Shown here: in pieces, positions 24,489-30,106 of the stretch | Position numbering within the stretch: the first letter of the stretch is position 1 | Layout of the letters: each line of letters begins with the position of its first letter | Source: an uncultured Mesoterricola sp. | GTDB taxonomy: Bacteria; Acidobacteriota; Holophagae; Holophagales; Holophagaceae | DNA: 30,106 nt | Direction of reading: 5' to 3' | NCBI GenBank assembly: GCA_964479495.1 | Contig: CAYZND010000003.1 | Span: 1-30,106, forward strand | Translations under genes and position numbers: made by a program | Notes under the pieces: generated by a model | What the model was told of the DNA's origin: nothing | What the model saw: the letters and a program-made list of their open reading frames with translations, nothing else | The model's database searches: none

Positions 24489-24988
24489 CCCGGCGCAGCC
24501 TCATCCAGCGCAGCGCGGTGTTGCTCGGCCTGATGGGCCTGGCGGTCTTCCTGTTCTACATCGGCAAGGGGCATACCCTCCTGCTGGACACCAACGCCAT
24601 CACCATCAACGGCCAGGAGATCTCCTCCGCCGATAACGTCGAGGTGAGCGTCGACGGGCAGGAGCCCAAGTCCATGGGGCGCGCCGAGCGCACCATGGTC
24701 TCCGTGGGCGGACCCAGCCACACCATCCAGATCGAGGTGATCGACGGGGATGGCCGCAAGGTGGAAGCGAAGTTCACCGTTCCGACCTTCATGGACATGG
24801 CGGTGGTCTCCATCCCGGCGATTCTCGAGAAGGCGCCGCGGGAGCACTGGGTGACCAAGTTCACGCCTCCTCCACCGGAGGAAGCCGCTGCGGAGCAGAT
24901 GGAGATGCAGGACGACACGCCGGTGGCACCCGCGCCGGGGATGGAGCTCAAGCCCACCCCCGAAGCGCCAGCCCCAAAGGCTCCCTGA
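24485..24988 (+). CDS. Membrane-anchored accessory protein of the ABC operon (recalled as DUF6672-like)
   Basis: ATGA-coupled to the permease. One TM helix, then GKGHTLLLD.., a beta-rich domain and a Pro/Glu-rich tail. Family name from memory and unverified. Confidence 0.75.
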   Translation: MTRRSLIQRSAVLLGLMGLAVFLFYIGKGHTLLLDTNAITINGQEISSADNVEVSVDGQEPKSMGRAERTMVSVGGPSHTIQIEVIDGDGRKVEAKFTVPTFMDMAVVSIPAILEKAPREHWVTKFTPPPPEEAAAEQMEMQDDTPVAPAPGMELKPTPEAPAPKAP

Positions 24989-25006
24989 AGCGGTGCATGG
25001 CTTTGA

Positions 25007-25048
25007 ACCTGGGCGGGGAATGGTAACCTTGACGTTTCCCGCCCAGGT
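25007..25048. promoter_or_regulatory. Inverted repeat enclosing an extended -10-like element upstream of the GNAT gene
   Basis: 11-bp arms ACCTGGGCGGG (25007-25017) / CCCGCCCAGGT (25038-25048); the loop contains TGGTAACCT. Confidence 0.4.
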
Positions 25049-25053
25049 GCTCC

Positions 25054-25545
25054 ATGGATTCCACCCTTCAGCCCCTCACCGAGGCGCATCGGCAGGCAGT
25101 CATCGACATCTACAACCATCATGTTGATCACGGCTTCGCCAGCTACCGTGAAGTCCGGTTGCCCTACGAAGCCTTCGATCGGTTCCTGGCCATCGCCAAG
25201 GGGTATCCGGCCTACGTGAATGTGCGGTCCGACGGCGAAGTGGACGGCTTCGGATTCCTCCATGCCTGGCATCCATCCGAGTGCTTCCAGCGCACCGCCG
25301 AGATCACCTATTTCTTCCACCCTGGCGCCACCCGCCAGGGCTCGGGCTCGCGCCTGCTGGCACGGCTGCTGGAGGAGGCTGCGGTCCTGAAGGTCGATCG
25401 CATCCTTGCCAGCATCTCGTCACGGAATCCCGAGAGCATCGCCTTCCACCGCAAGCACGACTTCGTGGAGTGCGGCCGCTTCCCCCAGGTGGGCCACAAA
25501 CACGGCGTGGACTTCGACGTGGTGTGGATGGTCAGGCATCTGTGA
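25054..25545 (+). CDS. GNAT N-acetyltransferase (phosphinothricin/YncA-like)
   Basis: IDIYNHHV..FASYRE, TAEITYF, RQGSGSRLL, NPESIAFHRKHDF..CGRF..VGHKHG..DVVWM. Confidence 0.88.
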   Translation: MDSTLQPLTEAHRQAVIDIYNHHVDHGFASYREVRLPYEAFDRFLAIAKGYPAYVNVRSDGEVDGFGFLHAWHPSECFQRTAEITYFFHPGATRQGSGSRLLARLLEEAAVLKVDRILASISSRNPESIAFHRKHDFVECGRFPQVGHKHGVDFDVVWMVRHL

Positions 25546-25635
25546 AGCATCGCATCATCGCTGGCCTTGGCCGTGGCTTGTGATCCATTGATCCTGCCGA
25601 TTGCGCGAACCTCTAGAGACGCCAAGGAGCCTTCC

Positions 25636-26526
25636 ATGCTCAAGACCAATCGTGCCTCCATCGTGGAGTTCCTCCTCCAGTGCCAGCCCGGACCGCCTGT
25701 GACGCGGGGGCAGTGGGGTGTGGATCATGAAGGCAGGCCGTTCCTCCTGCCTTCCATCGGGGGCATCACACTGAACATCCAGGTGGGGGACTCCGCGTTC
25801 GGCTGGGCGGGGGACCATATCGAGCCCGGCGTCAGCTGCACGGCGGACACCCAGAAGCCCTTCGAGCACCCGAACACGTCGCTGCAGCTCTTTGCCTGCG
25901 TCGGGAACACGGCACGGATCGTCTCCGGCGAAGCCAAGGGCGAGAGCGGTGTCGTACTCGGCCACCACGGCGGCTCGGAGCATGTGATCGTCGACTTCCC
26001 CAGGGCGGTGAAGGAGAAGCTCACCTACGACGACAAGATCATCATCCATTCGAAGGGGCAGGGGCTGGCGCTCCTGGACTACCCCGAGATCAAGCTGTTC
26101 AACCTGGATCCCTCGCTCCTGGAGCGGATGGCGATCCGCAAGGCCGGCAGGACCAGGCTGCAGGTGCCGGTGACCACCCTCGTCCCGGCTGCGTGCCTGG
26201 GCTCGGGCATCGGATCGAGCCATGTGGGCTCCGGGGACTACGACATCGTCACCAGCGATCCGGCCTCGGTGGACAAGTACGGCCTGGACAAGCTCCGATT
26301 CGGCGACTTCGTGGCCCTCCTGGACCACGACAACCGCTATGGGCGCGCCTACCGTCAGGGTGCCGTGTCCATCGGCATCGTGGTGCACAGCGACTGCCTC
26401 AAGGCGGGTCACGGCCCCGGAGTTACCACGCTCATGACGTGCAAGACGCCCCTCATCGAGCCCGTAATCGACCCGAAGGCGAACCTGGCCGATCTCCTGG
26501 GCATCGGGACGCCTTTCAGACCCTAG
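25636..26526 (+). CDS. DUF4438-family protein
   Basis: [82 protein letters not shown] before the ATG at 25636. Confidence 0.85.
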   Translation: MLKTNRASIVEFLLQCQPGPPVTRGQWGVDHEGRPFLLPSIGGITLNIQVGDSAFGWAGDHIEPGVSCTADTQKPFEHPNTSLQLFACVGNTARIVSGEAKGESGVVLGHHGGSEHVIVDFPRAVKEKLTYDDKIIIHSKGQGLALLDYPEIKLFNLDPSLLERMAIRKAGRTRLQVPVTTLVPAACLGSGIGSSHVGSGDYDIVTSDPASVDKYGLDKLRFGDFVALLDHDNRYGRAYRQGAVSIGIVVHSDCLKAGHGPGVTTLMTCKTPLIEPVIDPKANLADLLGIGTPFRP

Positions 26527-26732
26527 TTCAGCTCGGCGGACAGGATCCCCTTGCACCAGGGGCAGATGATGACATGGCCGCGGCGCGGCAGGGTGGAGAC
26601 GAAATCGACCCTCGTCCGCAGCAGCCGCACCACGGCGACGGACCGGATCTCCTCCTGGCAGTGGTGGCACTTCAGCGCCATTTCCAGTGCATATTCGGCT
26701 TCTCCAACGGACGGGGTGTCGGCAATGGACAT
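26523..26732 (-). CDS. Small Zn-ribbon protein (CxxC...CxxC)
   Basis: 69 aa with KCHHC and ICPWC, GGAG RBS before the ATG at 26732. Its stop overlaps the DUF4438 stop in CTAG. Confidence 0.78.
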   Translation of the reverse strand: MSIADTPSVGEAEYALEMALKCHHCQEEIRSVAVVRLLRTRVDFVSTLPRRGHVIICPWCKGILSAELN

Positions 26733-26771
26733 GGGGTCTCCGGGGCCTCTGGGGGATCTCATCGCTATTTA

Positions 26772-26787
26772 AGCGAGCTTCATGCCA
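26772..26787 (-). promoter_or_regulatory. Candidate sigma54 promoter of the Zn-ribbon gene
   Basis: Minus strand reads TGGCATGAAGCTCGCT with GG-N10-GC spacing. The -12 box is TCGC instead of TTGC; it lies 39 nt before the ATG. Confidence 0.55.
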
Positions 26788-26791
26788 GGTA

Positions 26792-27808
26792 TCACTTCAC
26801 AAATCGCCCCGGGATGGACCTCCCACAGGTCTCGCAGGCGGCCTCTCTGAGGCGGAGGCGCGAAATGCGGTAGCCTTCCCGGATGATCACGGCTTCGCCG
26901 CAGCCGGGACAGAAGGTCGTCCCGCCCTCCTCGCTGCGGACATTCCCTAGATAAACGAAACGAAGGCCGGCGTCCCGCGCCAGACGCCGGGCCTCCAGCA
27001 AGGTGGGCAGGGGCGTCGGTCCACGGTCCAGGAGCCGGTGATCGGGATGGAAAGCAGAGAAGTGCAGGGGGACATCGGGCCCCAGGTGTTCGGCGACCCA
27101 CGCCGTGAGGGCGCTCAGTTCGTCGGTGGTGTCGTTGGCTCCGGGGATCAGGAGGTTCGTGATCTCGAGCCAGACCTGGGTCTCCCCCGCCAGGTATTCC
27201 AGGGTCTCCAGGACGGGCGCCAGGCGGGCTCCGCAGTAGTGGCGATAGAAGGCGTCCGTGAATCCCTTCAGGTCCACATTGGCGGCGTCCATGCCCTGGA
27301 AGAAGTCCCGCCGAGCCCTGTCGGAAATGTAACCGGCCGTGACCGCGATGGTTTTGAGGCCAGCTTCTCGGCAGGCCTGCGCGACCTCGAGGCAGTATTC
27401 GGCCGAGATGATGGGCTCGTTGTAGGTGAAGGCCACCCCGGAGCAGCGGTGAACCAGGGCCATCTTGACGATGTCCTCGGGGCTGGAGGGCTGCAATCGA
27501 CCGTATTCCTCGGCCTGGGAGAGGTTCCAGTTCTGGCAGAAGAGGCAGCCCAGGTTGCAGCCCACGGTGCCGAAGGACAGCACCGCGGTTCCGGGCAGGA
27601 AGTGGTAGAGGGGCTTCTTCTCGACCGGGTCCAAGCACAGGCCGCTGGTGGCGCCGGTGACGGCGGAGCGGAGAACCTCGCCATCATTGATGCGGACCCC
27701 GCAGTAGCCTTCCTGCCCCTCCGCCAGGGCGCAGGTCCTGGGGCAAAGGTCGCAGACGACCCGCCCGCTCTCCTCCCGGTGCCACCAGCGGGCCTCGTGG
27801 AAGGTCAT
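26792..27808 (-). CDS. amrS: AmmeMemoRadiSam system radical SAM enzyme
   Basis: N-terminal CDLCPRTC..G.CGVR, LDPVEKKPLYHFLPG, radical SAM motif CNLGCLFCQNW, AFTYNEP, HFSAFHP, VYLGNV, C-terminal CPGC..CETC. Confidence 0.93.
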   Translation of the reverse strand: MTFHEARWWHREESGRVVCDLCPRTCALAEGQEGYCGVRINDGEVLRSAVTGATSGLCLDPVEKKPLYHFLPGTAVLSFGTVGCNLGCLFCQNWNLSQAEEYGRLQPSSPEDIVKMALVHRCSGVAFTYNEPIISAEYCLEVAQACREAGLKTIAVTAGYISDRARRDFFQGMDAANVDLKGFTDAFYRHYCGARLAPVLETLEYLAGETQVWLEITNLLIPGANDTTDELSALTAWVAEHLGPDVPLHFSAFHPDHRLLDRGPTPLPTLLEARRLARDAGLRFVYLGNVRSEEGGTTFCPGCGEAVIIREGYRISRLRLREAACETCGRSIPGRFVK

Positions 27809-28608
27809 GGGCGAGCCTCCTTCAGCACGGCCACCAGATAGCCGACCCCGAAGGGGGCCTCGTACGAGAGGAACCGCTGCCCTGGCCGGTCCGGTCCGAG
27901 GGCGCCATCCGCGGTCTCCAGGGATTCCACCACGTCCTCGGCCGCGAGGTTCCGGAGCTCCGCCTCGATGCCTGAGAGGTCGCCCAGGCGGCCGTCCTGG
28001 ACGCAGGAGACCACCTGCTCATCGAACAGGTGCGCCCTCGGGTGGAAGCCCGCCGGAGCGCCCTGCTTCAAGGCATGGCTCATGTCCCCGGAGGCCAACA
28101 GCGCCCAGGTGCGATCCAGGGAGTCCATGGCCGAAGTGATGGCCTCGCCGAAGCGCCGACTGTCCCCGGGCTCGCTGTCCCAGGGGAAGCCGAAGACGGC
28201 CACGCGACCCTGGAAGCCTGCCTGTCGGAGGAACCACAGGGGCACCAGGGCGCCATGGTCCAGGTTCTGGACGTTCGCCGGGGCCGCCGACAGCCCCGCA
28301 CGCTCGACGTGCCGGGCGATGGTGGCGGCCGCCGCCGCATCCGCCTTGAAGGTGGCCTCGAAGCCATGGATGCCGAAGGTGTGGAAGTCGCCCCTCAGCG
28401 TCTCCCCGGTCACGAAGCCGTAGGCCTGCCGATGGCGGGGCGTGTGGGGCGAAACCACCACGACCGTCTCCACCTCCGAATCCAGGATGGCCTGGGCGGC
28501 CGTCTCCATGGCCGTGGTCGTCTCCGCGCAGTCGGGCGCCCGGCTGCCCCCGATGGGCGGGATCACGATGGGCGCGTGACACATCAGGACCGCAACGCGG
28601 GGGGCCAT
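27805..28608 (-). CDS. Class III extradiol dioxygenase/Memo-fold protein (AmmeMemoRadiSam-associated)
   Basis: MCHAPIVIP, VVSPH, LDHGALVPLWFL, LLASGDMSH, SYEAPFGVGY. GGAGG RBS before the ATG at 28608; ATGA overlap with amrS. Confidence 0.85.
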   Translation of the reverse strand: MAPRVAVLMCHAPIVIPPIGGSRAPDCAETTTAMETAAQAILDSEVETVVVVSPHTPRHRQAYGFVTGETLRGDFHTFGIHGFEATFKADAAAAATIARHVERAGLSAAPANVQNLDHGALVPLWFLRQAGFQGRVAVFGFPWDSEPGDSRRFGEAITSAMDSLDRTWALLASGDMSHALKQGAPAGFHPRAHLFDEQVVSCVQDGRLGDLSGIEAELRNLAAEDVVESLETADGALGPDRPGQRFLSYEAPFGVGYLVAVLKEARP

Positions 28609-28708
28609 GGTTCCTCCCGAAGTGGACTCCCCCTGAGTATCCGCCCGGGGAGCCGGCGCGCAAGCCGACCGCTTCCCATGACCCCGGAGGCAGGCGAAGC
28701 TGGAGGAC

Positions 28709-29392
28709 ATGTCTGAACGGATGACCGTCCCGCCCCTTCCCCCTGTCTGGCCCTATGCGCCCAGGGGGGAATCCGGTGAGTTGCAGGAAGTTACCTCCAG
28801 CCTCCTGGGTTCCGGATGGGTAATCTGCGCCAAGGGGGGCCTGCTCCTGGAAGGAGAGGCGAGGCCCCTTCCAGAAGCGTTCGGGCGGGGAGGCATCCTG
28901 CAGCTGGGGACCATCGTCGTCCGCCCCTATCGACGCGGAGGCATGCTCCGGCACGTCAATGCGCGCATCTATGCCTCCCCGCGCCGGTTCCGCGATGAGT
29001 ACGTGGTTCACCAGGCCCTTTGGACTGCGGGCTTCCCCACCGTCGAGCCGCTGGGTTATGGCTACCGCAGGCGGCTCTGGGGGGTGGAGGGGGTCTTCCT
29101 GACCCGGCTTGCGGAAGCCCGGCCCTGGCCATCCTGCTGGCACGAGAGTGCTCGCGTGCTGCCCCAGCTCCACCAGCTGCTGGACGCCCTGGCCGCGTGG
29201 GGGCTTCATGCGCCCGACCTCAATGCGACCAACGTGCTGATGGGCTCGGACGGTCGCGTCCTCGCCCTGGATTGGGACCGGGCGCGATGGATCTCCGGAT
29301 CGGACTTGAAGGAACGGTACCGGCGGCGGCTGCTGCGCAGCCTCCAGAAGCTGCAGGCGCCGGATGCGGTAATCGCCTCCTTCACTTCGTGA
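28709..29392 (+). CDS. Lipopolysaccharide kinase, Kdo/WaaP family (KdkA-like)
   Basis: FGRGG, VVRPYRRGG, RFRDEY, HAPDLNATNVL catalytic loop, LDWDR, RLLRSLQK. GGAGG RBS. Confidence 0.8.
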   Translation: MSERMTVPPLPPVWPYAPRGESGELQEVTSSLLGSGWVICAKGGLLLEGEARPLPEAFGRGGILQLGTIVVRPYRRGGMLRHVNARIYASPRRFRDEYVVHQALWTAGFPTVEPLGYGYRRRLWGVEGVFLTRLAEARPWPSCWHESARVLPQLHQLLDALAAWGLHAPDLNATNVLMGSDGRVLALDWDRARWISGSDLKERYRRRLLRSLQKLQAPDAVIASFTS

Positions 29393-30104
29393 GGTTCAGG
29401 GTGGCGCCATTCACCGCCAGCGCCGCGAGGGCGGAGAGCCCATAGGTCCATGGAGCGCCGAGCTTCGGTAGCGCTGCACCCACCACGATGAAGAAAGCCG
29501 CGAAGCCGAAGAGGCTGATGGCATGCCCGCGCAGGAAGTGACGTGTGGTGTGGGCCCCCTGCTGGCGGTGGGCGAAGACGGCGAGCACGGAACCGAAGAT
29601 CGGGAAGGGCGTAAGGAGGCCGCTGAGCTGCGGGCCCAGGGCCGAGGCCGAGGTGGTCAGGGTGAAGACGAAGATGGTGGCCACCAGCATGCGGGCGGGG
29701 ATATCCCAGCGGGGAACCGTTGCGACTGGCGGGGCGGAGGTTTCATTCGGGATCAAGCGGATCACCAGACCATTGATCGCCAAGGCGATGAGTACGGTCG
29801 GCCAGAGCCTCAGGGTGAAGTGGCCCCAGAGGCTGGTTGCAATGAGATAGGCACCGATGGCTGAAGCCAAGCTGAGCCCGGCTCCCGCCGACCGAGAGAC
29901 AAACGTGTAGACGAGACAGAACGTGCTAATGCTCGCCAGACCGCCCAGGTTTCCTACGGCGGCCTGAGCGGCGAAGCCCGGGCCGTGTTGAAGCGCCAGG
30001 ATGATGGAGACTGGTCCCGAGGTGAGCGGGAAGCCGGTGAACCAGCCGCTCACCGCAGGTCCCCAGCGCCGCCCCGCCAACGTGGCCAGGGCGATGAGGA
30101 GAGG
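29382..30104 (-). CDS. Conserved hypothetical multi-pass membrane protein (5'-truncated by window edge)
   Basis: Frame is open to the window end (PLLIALATLAGRRWG). It has about 8 hydrophobic helices and two related halves (G.FTGFPLTSGP / GLLTPFPIFGS). Confidence 0.8.
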   Translation of the reverse strand, partial: PLLIALATLAGRRWGPAVSGWFTGFPLTSGPVSIILALQHGPGFAAQAAVGNLGGLASISTFCLVYTFVSRSAGAGLSLASAIGAYLIATSLWGHFTLRLWPTVLIALAINGLVIRLIPNETSAPPVATVPRWDIPARMLVATIFVFTLTTSASALGPQLSGLLTPFPIFGSVLAVFAHRQQGAHTTRHFLRGHAISLFGFAAFFIVVGAALPKLGAPWTYGLSALAALAVNGATLNLTK

Positions 30105-30106
30105 TG

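Noticed and set aside
15643-24988. Module as a mobile or recently inserted island
   Set aside because: No integrase, transposase, tRNA or flanking direct repeats seen, and coding regions look as GC-rich as the neighbours. Older horizontal transfer cannot be judged without a phylogeny.
1-30106. tRNA, rRNA, riboswitch, CRISPR array or tandem repeats
   Set aside because: Intergenic gaps are short (mostly under 280 nt), and I saw no cloverleaf, conserved riboswitch core or regularly spaced repeats by eye. An Infernal/Rfam scan would be needed to exclude small RNAs.

Overview
GC-rich bacterial chromosomal window with about 31 CDS. I saw no rRNA, tRNA, CRISPR array, transposase or phage gene. Gene content resembles a diderm Acidobacteriota (Holophagaceae-like) organism, which is inference only. 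The left and central parts are mostly housekeeping or envelope genes: SDR, DUF502, pgsA, a YedF-like protein, queG, speA, arfB, STAS, purN, a Gfo/Idh/MocA oxidoreductase, a caspase-PDZ protein, a serine hydrolase, SpoIID/LytB and aat. The most coherent accessory system is 15643-24988. It comprises a sigma54 enhancer-binding protein, isoaspartyl dipeptidase iadA, and a five-gene ABC importer (DUF3798-type binding protein, sugar-type ATPase, two permeases, small membrane-anchored accessory protein). iadA and the binding-protein gene each have a correctly spaced -24/-12 promoter, so this is a candidate beta-aspartyl dipeptide uptake and catabolism regulon. A second DUF3798 paralogue at the left edge is fused to an SH3b-like domain. 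Other oddities: a cysteine-free YedF (TusA+DsrE) homologue, an exported caspase-family protease with two PDZ domains, a small Zn-ribbon gene with its own sigma54-like promoter, and an AmmeMemoRadiSam pair lacking the AMMECR1 component. Family names come from recognised motifs and memory; no database search was run.
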